DNA of 64,000 bases from an uncultured delta proteobacterium (lineage in GTDB: Bacteria; Myxococcota; Myxococcia; Myxococcales; 40CM-4-68-19). The stretch spans positions 76,892 through 140,891 of the forward strand of contig CAWBVQ010000003.1 in assembly GCA_963792275.1 (NCBI GenBank), in the 5' to 3' direction. This document shows, piece by piece, positions 36,544 to 46,948 of the stretch; within the stretch, counting starts at the first letter, position 1, and each line of letters opens with the position of its first letter. A program made the position numbers and the translations under genes. Under the pieces are notes generated by a model. That model saw nothing but the letters and a program-made list of their open reading frames with translations. It was not told the origin of the DNA and ran no database searches.

Positions 36544-37529
36544 TGGCTGCCGGCCTTGCGCGCCTCGGGGTTTTCCGGATTCCCGTTCCGGTTCCTTTCC
36601 CCGAGGCGGGCGGGCCCGCCAACGTCTACGTGATCGAGGAGGAGGGCGGCGGCGTCGCTCTCTTCGACGCGGGCATCGGCACCAAGGACGGCAAGGCGGC
36701 GCTGCACGCGGGCTTCGAGCGGCTGGGGCTCTCGCTCGGCGACATCCGCCGCATCTTCGTGAGCCACGGGCACATCGATCACTACGGGTACGCGCGCGCC
36801 GCGCAGGAGGCCTCGGGCGCCCCGGTCTTCGCGCACCTGCGCGATCACGACAAGCTCACCGGCCGCGATCGCAGCGCCGCGCGGCTGGAGCTGTACGCGG
36901 CATACCTCGCGCGGCTGGGCGCGCCCGCGCACCTGCTCGAGCACGTGCGCGTCCACCGCCAGGACGCGCTGCGCATGGCACGGCCGCTGGAGCAGGTGGA
37001 GCCGTTGCCCGAAGGCACTCCGCTGCGCTTCAGGCGCTTCTCTGCGGAGGTGCTGCACCTGCCGGGACACACGCCGGGGCTCGTCTGCCTCTGGGCGCGC
37101 GAGAGCCGCGTGCTCTTCTCCGACGACCACCTGCTCGAGCGCGTCTCGCCCAATCCGCTGCTCGACCTCGAGGGCCAGCCGGAGCCCACCCACAAGGCGC
37201 TGGTCGCCTACCTCCAGTCGGCCCGGCGCGTGCGCGCGCTGCCCGTCGGGCTGGTGGCGCCCGGACACGCAGAGCCCTTTTCGGGCCACGTGGAGGTCAT
37301 CGACCGCCTGCTCGCGTTCTACGAGAAGCGGCAGGAGCGCATCCTCGAGCTGCTCAGGGAAGGCGCCGCCAGTCCCGCGCAGTTGGCCCCGCGCGTCTTT
37401 CCCCGCGCCCGCGAGCACCAGCTCTACCTGACGCTGTCGGAGGTGATGGGCAATCTGGAAGTGCTGGAAGAGCAGGGCCGGGTCGTGCGAAAGGAAGGGG
37501 GAGGAACCATCCGGTTCGAGGTCGCCTGA
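36543..37529 (+). CDS. MBL-fold metallo-hydrolase with a winged-helix-like C-terminus
   Basis: The ATG overlaps the etfA stop. VYVIEEEGGGVALFDAGIG, the motif SHGHIDHYG, LHLPGHTPG and APGHAEPF. Intact. Confidence 0.8.
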   Translation: MAAGLARLGVFRIPVPVPFPEAGGPANVYVIEEEGGGVALFDAGIGTKDGKAALHAGFERLGLSLGDIRRIFVSHGHIDHYGYARAAQEASGAPVFAHLRDHDKLTGRDRSAARLELYAAYLARLGAPAHLLEHVRVHRQDALRMARPLEQVEPLPEGTPLRFRRFSAEVLHLPGHTPGLVCLWARESRVLFSDDHLLERVSPNPLLDLEGQPEPTHKALVAYLQSARRVRALPVGLVAPGHAEPFSGHVEVIDRLLAFYEKRQERILELLREGAASPAQLAPRVFPRAREHQLYLTLSEVMGNLEVLEEQGRVVRKEGGGTIRFEVA

Positions 37530-37531
37530 CG

Positions 37532-38624
37532 ATGTCGCGATGGATTCTGGCGCGCCGCGTGGCTCCTGCTTCCCGCCGCCTGGCTCTCGCACCACTTCCT
37601 GCGCGGAGGCACCGTCACCTTCTTCGTCTCCTGCGCCTCGCTCATCCCGCTCGCGAAGAGCATGGGCGACGCAACCGAGGCGCTCGCGGAGCGGATGGGC
37701 CCGGCCGCCGGCAGCCTGCTCAACGCCACCTTCGGCAACGCCGCCGAGCTGATCCTGGGAATCTCCGCCCTGCGCCATGGCCACGTCGAGCTGGTCAAAG
37801 GCAGCATCACCGGATCCATCCTCGGCAACCTGCTCCTCGTCGCCGGCGGCAGCATCGTGGTGGGCGGCGCGCGCTTCAACCGCCTGCGCTTCAACCGTCT
37901 GGCCGCCTCCTCCAGCGTCTCCACGCTCTTCCTCGCGGTGGTGGCGATGGCGGTGCCCACGCTCCTCTCGATCGACCGCAGCCCGCGCTACGACCCGGCG
38001 ATGCTCTCCGAAGAGATCTCCGCGGTCCTGGTGGTCATGTACGGCCTCTCGCTCTGGTTCGGGCTGCGCACGCACCGCGAGCAACTGGCCTCCGCGCGGG
38101 AGCCCATGGCCGCGACGCCCGGGGAAGCCGCGGCAGCCAAGGCCGCGGAGCCGCCGCCGCACGAGCACGCCGTCGCCTTCGAGCTGGGCCGCCTTCTCCT
38201 CGCGGCGGCGGCCACCGCGGTGGCGAGCGAGCTGCTGGTCGCCTCGCTCGACGGCGCCGTCGCGGCGCTGCACCTGCCCGAGACCTTCGTGGGCGTGGTC
38301 ATCGTCGCCATCGTGGGCAACGCGGCAGAGCACTCCACGGCGCTGCTCTTCGCGAACAGGGGCGACATGGACGTGGCGCTGGGCATCGCCTGGGAGTCGT
38401 CCAAGCAGATCGCGCTCCTGGTGGCCCCGCTGCTGGTCTTCGCCGGCGTCCTCTTCGGCGCGCCCATGGACCTCGCCTTCACCCGCTTCGAGGTGGTGGC
38501 GCTGGGCATCGCGGTGGTGGCGCTGTCGCTCATCGCGCTCGACGGCGAGACGCACTGGCTGGAAGGCGCGTTCCTCCTCGCGGTCTACGCCGTCCTCGGC
38601 ATGGGGTTCTTCTTCGTTGGCTGA
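37532..38624 (+). CDS. Ca2+/H+ antiporter (CaCA/ChaA family); N-terminus uncertain, probable frame break near 37558
   Basis: MGDATEALAERMGPAAGSLLNATFGNAAELILGISAL and the second alpha-repeat VGVVIVAIVGNAAEHSTALLFA are CaCA signatures. The first TM segment (WLLLPAAWLSHHFLRGGTVTFFVSCASLIPLAKS) is in frame with ATG 37662 but has no start codon of its own. ATG 37532 (MSRWILARR) lies in another frame. The frameshift-free minimum is 37662..38624. Confidence 0.75.
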
Positions 38625-39513
38625 CCTCGCGCTCACGCTGATCATGGCGGTCTGGGGGAGCAGCTTCGCCATCCTCCGCACCCTGCTGCGGAACGATGCC
38701 GCTCGCCGCTGGCGCTGGTCGCGGTGCGCATGGCCCTCTCCTCCGCGCTGCTCTTCGGCTTCATGGCCGCCACGCCGCGGGGCCGCGCGGGGTTGCGCGC
38801 CATCCGCGGAGGCCTGCTGCGCGACGGCTTCCTTGCCGGTGCGCTCCTCGGCGTGGGCTTCGTCTTCCAGACCGAGGGCCTCTCGCGCACCACCGCCTCG
38901 CGCAGCGGATTTCTCACCGGCACGCTGGTCGTGCTCACGCCGCTGATCGAGTTCGCGCTCTTCCGCAAGCGGCCCGCCGCGCCGGCGCTTGCTCGGCGTG
39001 CTCCTCGCCTTCGCCGGAATGACCATGCTCTCGGCGCCGTGGTCCGACGCCTCGCAGGCCACCGCGCTGGGCGACGGCCTCACCCTGGCCTGCGCGCTGG
39101 TGTTCGCGGGGCAGATTGTGGCCCTGGGGCGAGTCGCCTCCCGGCACCCGGTCTTGCCCCTCTTGCTGGTGCAGCTTGCCACCACCTTTGTCGTGGCCGC
39201 CGCGGCGGGGCCGCTGGTGGAGGCGCAGCATTTCTCCGGCGGAGGCCGCCTCTGGCTGGCGATGTTCTACCTCTCGCTCTTCGCCACGCTCCTCGCCTTC
39301 GGCGTCCAGACCTGGGCGCAGAAGATCCTGCCACCGGTCCGCGTCGCGCTGATCAGCAGCCTGGAGCCGGTCTTCGCGGCGCTCTGGGCCGCGGTGCTGA
39401 TCGGCGAACGGCTGACCGGGCGTGAGCTTCTCGGCGGTGTGCTGATCGTCTTCGGAGTGGTCGTCGGAGAGGTGGGTGCAGCCTTCCGCGCGCTGAAGCG
39501 CGCGGTGCAGTGA
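38617..39513 (+). pseudogene. EamA/DMT-family transporter; frame breaks near 38700 and 38985
   Basis: LADLALTLIMAVWGSSFAILRTLL / PLALVAVRMALSSALLFGF...FVFQTEGLSRTTASRSGFLTGTLVVLTPLIEFALF / LLGVLLAFAGMTMLS...LFATLLAFGVQTWAQKILPPVRVALISSLEPVFAALWAAVLIGERLT. The start is TTG 38617 or ATG 38644. Confidence 0.8.
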
Positions 39514-39572
39514 AGCGCGCGTGCAGTGACGCGCGTGGCGCAATAACTTGCGCATGTACGCTCGCCTGCTAC

Positions 39573-40570
39573 ATGGCCCAGGTGACGCCGAAGTTCCACA
39601 GCCCGGAAGTGGAACGCGCCGCCCACGGCCTGCGCGTCCGGGGGCACGCGCCTCTACCTGGAGCCGCGAGGGCGTCCGCCGATGGGCTTTCTCGCGCATG
39701 CCAGGGGCGCGCCGGCCATCCTGCCGGAGAGGATGATCGCGAGCGGGCCAACCATCCAGCTCCTCACGGCGGCGTTGCCGCGGGCGTTGCGACGCACCGC
39801 GGCACTGCCGGCCGCCTACGGGCAGACGCTTCGCGCTCGGGTCGCTGCGGCTGACGCTGTACCCGGCCGGGCACGTGCTCGGCAGCGCGCAGATCCGCTG
39901 CGAGGCGGACGGCCTGGATCTCGTCTACGCCGGCGACATCGGCGGCAGCGGACCGCGCGCCTCGCTGACGGCGGAGGCGCTGGTGCCGGTGACCTGCGAG
40001 ACGTTGGCCTTGCGCGCGCTCTACGGCCACCCCCGCTATGTCTTCCCGCCGCGGGAGCAGTTGCTCGAGAAGGTGAGCGCGTTCGTGGAGAAGACGCTCG
40101 GGCAGGGCAAGACGCCCGTGCTGGTGGCGGCCGCACTCGGCGAGGCGCAGGACGTCGTCCGCTACCTCGGAGGACGCCATGTCCTGCGTTTGCACCCGAC
40201 CGCCTTTCGCGCCTGCGAGGTCTACGTCGCGCAGGGCGTTCCCTTGCAGGGCTTCGTCCCCCTGGGCGGGGAAGGGGATGTGGTGGTGGTTCCACCCACC
40301 GCGCGCCTGTCGCGCCTGGGCCTCGGCGAGCACCGCGTCTGCGCGCTTTCGGGCAGGGCGGTGGACGGCATCGCCTCCGCCGACGAGGCGCTGCCGCTCG
40401 CCGACCACGCCGGCTTCGAGGACCTCCTCGACTGCGCGGTGCGCTCGGGAGCGCGCAGGGTCTACACCATCGACGGGTACGCCGAAGAGCTCGCCCGGCA
40501 GCTCCGGAACCGCGGGATCGACGCAACCGCCATCCGCGAGCAGCACCAGCTTCCCCTGCCCGGAGTTTAA
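39573..40570 (+). pseudogene. MBL/beta-CASP-like protein with a degenerate metal motif; frame breaks near 39646 and 39836
   Basis: MAQVTPKFHSPEVERAAHGLRVRG / TRLYLEPRGRPPMGFLAHARGAPAILPERMIASGPT...AAYGQTLR / GSLRLTLYPAGHVLGSAQIRCEADGLDLVYAGDIGG...PVLVAAALGEAQDVVRYL...LPLADHAGFEDLLDCAVRSGARRVYTIDGYAEE. The layout resembles ligase-associated/RNA-metabolising beta-CASP nucleases. FLAHARGAP stands where HxHxDH is expected. Confidence 0.45.
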
Positions 40571-40661
40571 GCGCCGCCCGGATTTCGCGCCTGCCTCTTT
40601 GGAATCGGTTGACTCCACCCCGCGAGGTCTGGCTGCTTGAAAAGGCCTTCGGAGGAATCCC

Positions 40662-42686
40662 ATGCATCTTCGCACCGCCTGGTTCGCGCCCGCCGCACTG
40701 TTGCTCGCCTGCCAGCATGCCGCGCCCGTCCCCGTTTCCGCCGGCGCCGAGCCCACCGGCATCGCCGCGTTCGCCCTCGACCCGACCCTGCTCACCGCCA
40801 AGGTCTCGCCCAAGGGTACGTATCTCGCCACCTTGTCGGAGGAGAGCGGAAGGCGCTCGCTCACCTTCGTGAACCTCTCCACCCACAAGGTCACCTACGT
40901 GCTCAGGCCGGAGGGCGAGTCGACCATCGGGCCGTTCTATTGGGCAAACGACGAGCGGGTGGTGATCCAGATGGTCGAGCACGAGGGCTACCTGGCCGCG
41001 CCGGTCTCGCTGGGCGAGATCTACGCGGTGGACGCGACCGGCCGCAGCGGGCGCATCATCTTCGGGTATCGGGCGGGCGAACTGCAGGCCGGCTCGCACA
41101 TCCGCAAGGCCGCGGCGGAGCGCGCCTGGGGATTCGTCATCGACACCTTGCGCAACGACCCCAAGCACGTGCTCATCGAGGAGACCTCGATGGACGAAGC
41201 CAGGGGCGACCAGATCGCCGAGATCTCCAAGCTCGACGTCTACAGCGGCCTCAAGACGCGCGTCGCGGTGAGCCCCATCGCCGAGGCATCGTTTCTCACC
41301 GACGAGAACGGCGAGCTGCGCATCGCCGAGGGGCTCGACACGGACGCGAAGCCGCGCTTCTTCTTCTTCGAGGGGGCGCAGGGCTGGCGCGAGCTCCGCT
41401 CCATCCGCGGCTTCACCAGCCGCAGCAATCCGGTGGGGTTCGTCTCCCGGGACGCCGTCGTCTACGTGAGCGAGCCGGTCTCCGGCGGGTTTGCGCTGTA
41501 CGCCGTCTCCATCGAGACCGGAGAGCGCAAGCTCGTGGCGCAAAATGACGCCGTGCCCTTCTCCTCCCACGTGCAGGACAGCGCCACCGGGCGGATCGTG
41601 GCGCTGGAATACGAGCCCGACCTGCCCAACTACGAGTTCGTCGACCCCCGCCACCCGCTCAGCCGCGCCCTGCAGGGCCTGCTCGCGGCGCGGCCGAACG
41701 AGAACGTGGAGCTGGTGAACTCCACCGCCGACGACCGCCAGGCGCTGGTCCGCGTCTACAGCGACCGCGATCCCGGCGAGCTCTTGCTGGTGGACACGGC
41801 CACGCTCTCCGCGCAGTCGCTCGGCCAGGTGCGCCCGTGGGTGAAGCCGGACGCGATGGCGGAGATGTCCGCCTTCCACATCCCGGCGAGCGACGGCTTG
41901 CGCATCCACGGCTACGTCACCCTGCCCACGGACCGGCAGCCCGGAACGCTGCCGCCGATGGTGGTGCTGCCCCACGGCGGCCCGCACTTCGTCCGCGACC
42001 GCTGGGGGTTCGACTCCGAGGTGCAGATGCTCGCCCACGAAGGCTTCGCCGTCCTTCAGGTCAACTACCGCGGCTCCGGCGGCTACGGCCTCGCCTACCA
42101 GGAGGCCGGGTATCGCAAGTGGGGCAGCCGGATGGTCGAGGACATCATCGACGCGACGCGCTTCGCGGTGCGCAAGGGCTTCGCCGATCCGAAACGGATC
42201 TGCGTCTATGGCGCGAGCTTCGGCGGCTACGCGGCGATGCAGAGCGCCATCCTGGCTCCCGACCTCTTCCGCTGCGCCGTGGGCTACGCGGGCATCTACG
42301 ACCTCGGGCTGCTGGCGAAGACGGGCGACATCTCCTGGGGCAGGCTTGGCCGCGGCTACGTGCGGACCGCCGTGGGCGAGGACGACCGGGCGCTCGCGGA
42401 GGCCTCACCGGTCCGGCACGTCGACAAGCTCGCGGCGCGCGTCTTCCTCATCCACGGCAAGCAGGACGAGCGCGCGCCCATCGAGCACGCGGAGCGCCTG
42501 CGCGACGCGCTCACGGCGCGCGGCAGGCCGCCGGAGTGGCTGGTGGAGTCCAAGGAAGGTCACGGTTTCTTCGACGAGGGCGCCCGCGAACGGATGTATG
42601 CGCGGATGATCCGGTTCCTCAAGGAGAACACGCCGGCTCCGGCGCTCTCCCGCCCCACGGCTCCGGCGGGCAGCGCCGCGAAGTGA
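40662..42686 (+). CDS. S9-family serine peptidase (prolyl oligopeptidase/dipeptidyl peptidase type), lipoprotein
   Basis: Intact, 674 aa. N-terminus MHLRTAWFAPAALLLACQ, then a beta-propeller-like half. The catalytic domain has PMVVLPHGGPH, NYRGSGGYG, the nucleophile motif VYGASFGGYAA, and HGKQDERAP...EGHGF. Confidence 0.85.
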   Translation: MHLRTAWFAPAALLLACQHAAPVPVSAGAEPTGIAAFALDPTLLTAKVSPKGTYLATLSEESGRRSLTFVNLSTHKVTYVLRPEGESTIGPFYWANDERVVIQMVEHEGYLAAPVSLGEIYAVDATGRSGRIIFGYRAGELQAGSHIRKAAAERAWGFVIDTLRNDPKHVLIEETSMDEARGDQIAEISKLDVYSGLKTRVAVSPIAEASFLTDENGELRIAEGLDTDAKPRFFFFEGAQGWRELRSIRGFTSRSNPVGFVSRDAVVYVSEPVSGGFALYAVSIETGERKLVAQNDAVPFSSHVQDSATGRIVALEYEPDLPNYEFVDPRHPLSRALQGLLAARPNENVELVNSTADDRQALVRVYSDRDPGELLLVDTATLSAQSLGQVRPWVKPDAMAEMSAFHIPASDGLRIHGYVTLPTDRQPGTLPPMVVLPHGGPHFVRDRWGFDSEVQMLAHEGFAVLQVNYRGSGGYGLAYQEAGYRKWGSRMVEDIIDATRFAVRKGFADPKRICVYGASFGGYAAMQSAILAPDLFRCAVGYAGIYDLGLLAKTGDISWGRLGRGYVRTAVGEDDRALAEASPVRHVDKLAARVFLIHGKQDERAPIEHAERLRDALTARGRPPEWLVESKEGHGFFDEGARERMYARMIRFLKENTPAPALSRPTAPAGSAAK

Positions 42687-42702
42687 TGCGCTGCGCGCCG
42701 CC

Positions 42703-42731
42703 TTGACAGGGGCGCGAAACCCGGACGAAAT
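42703..42731 (+). promoter_or_regulatory. Possible sigma70-type promoter of the lipase-FadL unit
   Basis: TTGACA (42703-42708), 17 nt, CGAAAT (42726-42731). The ATG at 42740 would give a leaderless or very short 5' UTR. The -10 element is weak. Confidence 0.25.
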
Positions 42732-42739
42732 CGCCCGCA

Positions 42740-45704
42740 ATGTCGCTCCGCCGCGCAACCGGGCTCGCGCTCGCGCTGCTTGCGCTCTCCTGCGAGCCCT
42801 CGGTGCCCTTCGACACGAGCGGCAACCCGGATGCCGTCGACTATGCCGCCTTCGATCCCACCGGCAGCCCGCCTTCGCTGCCGCTGCCCAACGATCTGGC
42901 GCTCCAGGATGCCGCCATCAGCACGCAGAACCCGGCCCAGGCGGCGCTCCTCACGCAATGGCAGGCGGAAGGGTTTCCCAACGACCAGGAAGTGCCCATC
43001 ACCATCGACTTCGTGCGCGAGACGCTCGATCCCGCGACGGGCAAGCCCACGCGCAGCGCGCCGCAGCTGGACACCAGCTCGATCACGCCCGCGACGGTGC
43101 TCCTGCTCGCGACCGGCAGCTCCGGTTCCGGCCGGGTCGCGTACGATCCGCCGCTGCCTTCCGACTACGCCGTGACCCCTGACCACGGAACCCTGACGCT
43201 GCACAAGTCGAAGGACGCAACCGGGTCGAGGCGCTGGCCGGCGGGGACGCAGATGGTGGTGGCGGTGCGCGGCGGGCCAAGCGGCGTCCAGGTGAAGAAC
43301 GGCGCGGCCGGAGGGCTCCAGCCGCAGCCGGCGATGTTCCTCCTGCTGCAGGACGAGGATCTCACCCTGCCGGAGAACAGCGGCCTCCTTCCCGGCGACA
43401 GCCGCGGCGAGAAGGCCGCTGCCGCGGCGCAGCTCGAGTCCATCCGCAAGGGCTACCTCGCGCCGTTCGCCGCCATCGACGCCAATGGGGCGTTCAGCCA
43501 TCGCGAGATCGCCACCATGGCCACCTTCAAGGTGGCGAGCACCACGCGCAGGACGCACGTGGAGACCGATCCCAGCTCGGGAAGGATGCCGCTGCCCAGC
43601 GACTTCCTCCTCGGCCCCGACGGACATCTGCTCCCCGAGCTGGCGGCGGCGTCAGGGCCATTCGGGGCGCTCGGCGCGGGGCTCGCCACCCTGGACGGAT
43701 TCTCGACCACCGCGATGATCCTGATGCAGACCTCCGCGCCCATCGACGCCTCCACCGTGAACGCGAGCTCGGTCTTTCTCTACGAGATCGAGAAGGCGGG
43801 CCAGTCGCCGTCTCTGGCAACCCGGCTGGGCGAGCTGCAGGAGCAGGGGAAAGCCCATCGCTTCGTCGCCGAGCCCCCGCAGATCACCCAGCCAGTGAAC
43901 GGCGTGCCGGCATCCACGGCCATCGGCCTGCAACCCGCGGTGCCGGCGCAGCTGCCGGGCGCCGGCGCGGTGATCTCCGTGCCGCCGCTCAACGAAGGCA
44001 CCAGCTACGTGGTGCTGGTGACCGACCGCGTGAAAGACCTGAACGGCGACAAGCTGGTGCGCAGCACGCTGGGCAAGATCCTCCTCCTCGACCCCTCCAT
44101 CAGCGTGTTCGCCAACGGCAAGTCGGAGGTGTCGGGCGTGAGCGATGCGCAGGCCGTGGGCATCGATCAGATGCGACAGGCCGTCAACCTCGCCGCAGCG
44201 TCGCTGGTGGCGGAGAAGAGCGCCTCGGGGCTGGCGCGCGACGACATCGTGATGGCGTACACCTTCAGGACGCAGGGCATGAAGGAGATCGCCACCAACC
44301 TTGCCGCGCTGCCGTACCAGGACCCCACCGCCGCGCTCTCCGACAGCGGCAGGAAGACCTTCTGCAACCTGGGCGCGCCCGCGTGCGACGGGACCATCGC
44401 GGAGGCGCTCTCCGCCCATGGCCTCGCCGGCGTTCCCAGCGGCAACATCTTCGCCATCGTCGACACGAACATCGCCACCTTCGACAAGCTCATCTGCCCG
44501 ACAGGGGCGAGCGGATGCGCCGACACCGGCGCGTTCACGCCGCAAGCCGTGCCTCCAGCTCCGGAATCGATCCGGATGCTGGTCGCCCTCCCCGCGCCGG
44601 CCAGTACGGGATGTACGCCGGGAACCACCGCGCCGGTCTGCACGCTCCCGCTGGCCGTCTTCCGCCACGGGTTCGGGAGCTGGCGCGGATCGATGCTGGC
44701 GATCGCCGATGCCCTGAACGCGCAGGGAATCGCGGTCGCGGCCATCGACGCAGCCAAGCACGGCGACCGCAGCTTCTGCAGCGCGGACGCGCAGTGCGCG
44801 GGAGGAGCCTGCGTTCCGGTGGCGGGCCTCGGCGGCGAGGGCGACTCCGCGCCTCCCGGCAAGTGCGCGACGGACTTCCTGCGCGCAGGAGGAGCGCCGT
44901 CGGGAAACCCGGCGGCCTCCGGCAATTTCCTCATCAGCGGGAACCTCTTCCGCACCCGCGATACGCTCCGCCAGGACATCATCGACCAGTCGCAGCTCGT
45001 CCGGGTGCTCTCGCCCAACCCGCGGTGCCTGGCCGGGGCCCCGCCCACGGATGTCTCGAACACCTGCGCCAACCAGATCGTGACGCAAGCGTTCGGCGTG
45101 CAGTTCGATCCGGATCGGATCTGGTTCGTGGGCCAGTCGCTCGGCGCCATCTCCGGCACGGTCGACGTGGCCGCGAACCCGCGCATCCAGAAGGCGGCGC
45201 TGAACGTCGGCGGATTCGACCCTCGCCGACGTCTTCACGCAGTCGCCTTCCTTCCAGGGGCAGGTGGGAGCGCTGCTGGCGGGGCTGGGCATCGCGCCGG
45301 GGTCGCCCGCGTTCCTCCAGTTCGTCCAGGTGGCGAAATGGGTGCTGGACCCGGCCGACCCGGAGAACTTCGCCCGGAACCTCTCGCTGCAGACGCTGCC
45401 GAGCCCGCTCCTTGGCGGCGCTGCTCCCCTGCCGCGCTCCATCCTCGGGCAGATGGCGCTCTGCGACGACGTCGTCCCCAACGCCTTCAGCCTCAACCTC
45501 TACGGCGAGGCGGGCCTGCCCACCACGGGCGGCGCCAACTCGCAGACCGCGTCGTTCACCACCTTCGTCTCCGGCGCCGGAGCCCGGTGCCCCGACAACG
45601 CGGTCGACCATGGCTTCCTGCTCGCCACGCCGGACGCTCAGAAGGACATCGCCGACTTCTTCCTCACGCAGACGCCGCCGCCCTCGCAGCGCGCGGCGCC
45701 TTGA
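42740..45704 (+). pseudogene. Large secreted lipoprotein, lipase/esterase-like (bacterial lipase N-terminal domain plus alpha/beta-hydrolase); frame break near 45218
   Basis: MSLRRATGLALALLALSCEP has a lipobox. The sequence LPLPNDLALQD...PITIDF... and a second MPLPSDFLLGPDG resemble the bacterial virulence-factor lipase N-terminal domain. The hydrolase part has VFRHGFGSWRGSMLAIADALNAQGIAVAAIDAAKHGDRS and the nucleophile elbow FVGQSLGAISG. After the shift it reads TLADVFTQSPSFQGQVGALL...CDDVVPN...AVDHGFLL...*. Confidence 0.6.
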
Positions 45705-45715
45705 GCGGGACGAGC

Positions 45716-46948
45716 ATGCGCAACCTCACCGCGGCTCTCGCCCTGGTTCCCGCCGCGGCGCTGGCAGGCGGATACGTCGTGCCCAACGTCAACGCGCGCG
45801 ACCTTGCGCTGGCCGGCTCCGCAGTGGCGGCGCAGGATACCGCCGCCGCGACCTATGCCAACCCGGCGGCGCTCTCCAAGCTCGACGGCCTCAACCTCTC
45901 GCTCGACCTGAGCCTCGTCGACTTCCGCAGCACCTGGACCGACAGCCAGAACGTCTTCAGCGCGAGCCCGGTCACCATGATCCCCAAGGGCGCCTTTCCA
46001 CCCGCGCTCTATGCCGCCTACGGGTTCACGCTCCCCAACCGGATGAAGCTCGGCCTCGGGGCCGGCCTCACCGTCCCCGGCGGCGGCTACGTCTTCTGGC
46101 CCGGCGACTGGGCCGGCCGCAACGAGGCGATCACCGTGGACCGCAAGGTCTACGGCGCCTACCTGACCTCGGGCATCCAGCTCTTGCGGCAGCTCCGGGT
46201 GGGCGGCGGCCTCGTGTACTACCGGACCACCGAGCACCTCGTCCGCGGCGTCAACTTCCTCTCGCAAGAGGGCCAGATCGACCTCGGCACCTCGGGAGAC
46301 GCCTTCAGCTTCGACCTCTCCGCGGAAGCGACGCCGTTCGCCTCGCTGCCGCTGGCCCTCTCGGTGGACTACAAGCACCAGGGCGTGCAGCACCTCGCAG
46401 GGCACGCGCACGGCACCGGCGTTCCCCTGCCGCTGCGGCCGAGCCTCCTCGACCAGGAGGTCACGCACACGCTCACCTATCCGAACCAGCTCAACCTCGG
46501 CATGGCGTTCCAGTCGCCGGTGGTCCCGCTGCTGCTCACCGCGGGCTTCACCTGGGAGCGTTTCCACGTCTACCAGGAGGACGCCTTCGTCGGCGACCGC
46601 GGCGTCAGCGTGGTGGTGCCGCGCAATTACCGCAACGGCTACACCTTCCGCCTCGGCGGCGAGGTGCAGGCCCTGAGCGTGCTCAAGTTGCGCGCGGGAG
46701 CGCTGCGCGACATCTCTCCTTCGCGCACCGACACGCTCGATCCCTCCCTGCCGGACTCCAACGTGACCGCGCTCTCCTTCGGCGCTGGATACGCCGCCTT
46801 GCCGAATCTGGAGATCGACGCGGCCTGGTTCCACGCCTTCTACGACTCGATCACCACGACGGGGCTCGACGCGTTTCCGGGCACCTACCAGACGCGCGCC
46901 AACATCTACGCGCTGAACTTCACCTGGAAGCTGCCGCACCAGCGCTGA
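45716..46948 (+). CDS. FadL/OMPP1/TodX-family outer-membrane hydrophobic-compound (long-chain fatty acid) channel
   Basis: Signal peptide MRNLTAALALVPAAALAGG. NARDLALAGSAVAAQDTAAATYANPAALSKL is the FadL N-terminal hatch signature. Beta-strand periodicity runs throughout. The C-terminus is ...RANIYALNFTWKLPHQR*. Confidence 0.75.
   Translation: MRNLTAALALVPAAALAGGYVVPNVNARDLALAGSAVAAQDTAAATYANPAALSKLDGLNLSLDLSLVDFRSTWTDSQNVFSASPVTMIPKGAFPPALYAAYGFTLPNRMKLGLGAGLTVPGGGYVFWPGDWAGRNEAITVDRKVYGAYLTSGIQLLRQLRVGGGLVYYRTTEHLVRGVNFLSQEGQIDLGTSGDAFSFDLSAEATPFASLPLALSVDYKHQGVQHLAGHAHGTGVPLPLRPSLLDQEVTHTLTYPNQLNLGMAFQSPVVPLLLTAGFTWERFHVYQEDAFVGDRGVSVVVPRNYRNGYTFRLGGEVQALSVLKLRAGALRDISPSRTDTLDPSLPDSNVTALSFGAGYAALPNLEIDAAWFHAFYDSITTTGLDAFPGTYQTRANIYALNFTWKLPHQR

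Noticed and set aside
42740-46948. A 1402-aa ORF suggesting a lipase-FadL fusion protein
   Set aside because: The lipase's sensible C-terminus, ending at 45704, is in another frame after a break near 45218. FadL has its own ATG (45716) and signal peptide. The connecting in-frame segment is low-complexity Arg/Pro/Gly sequence.
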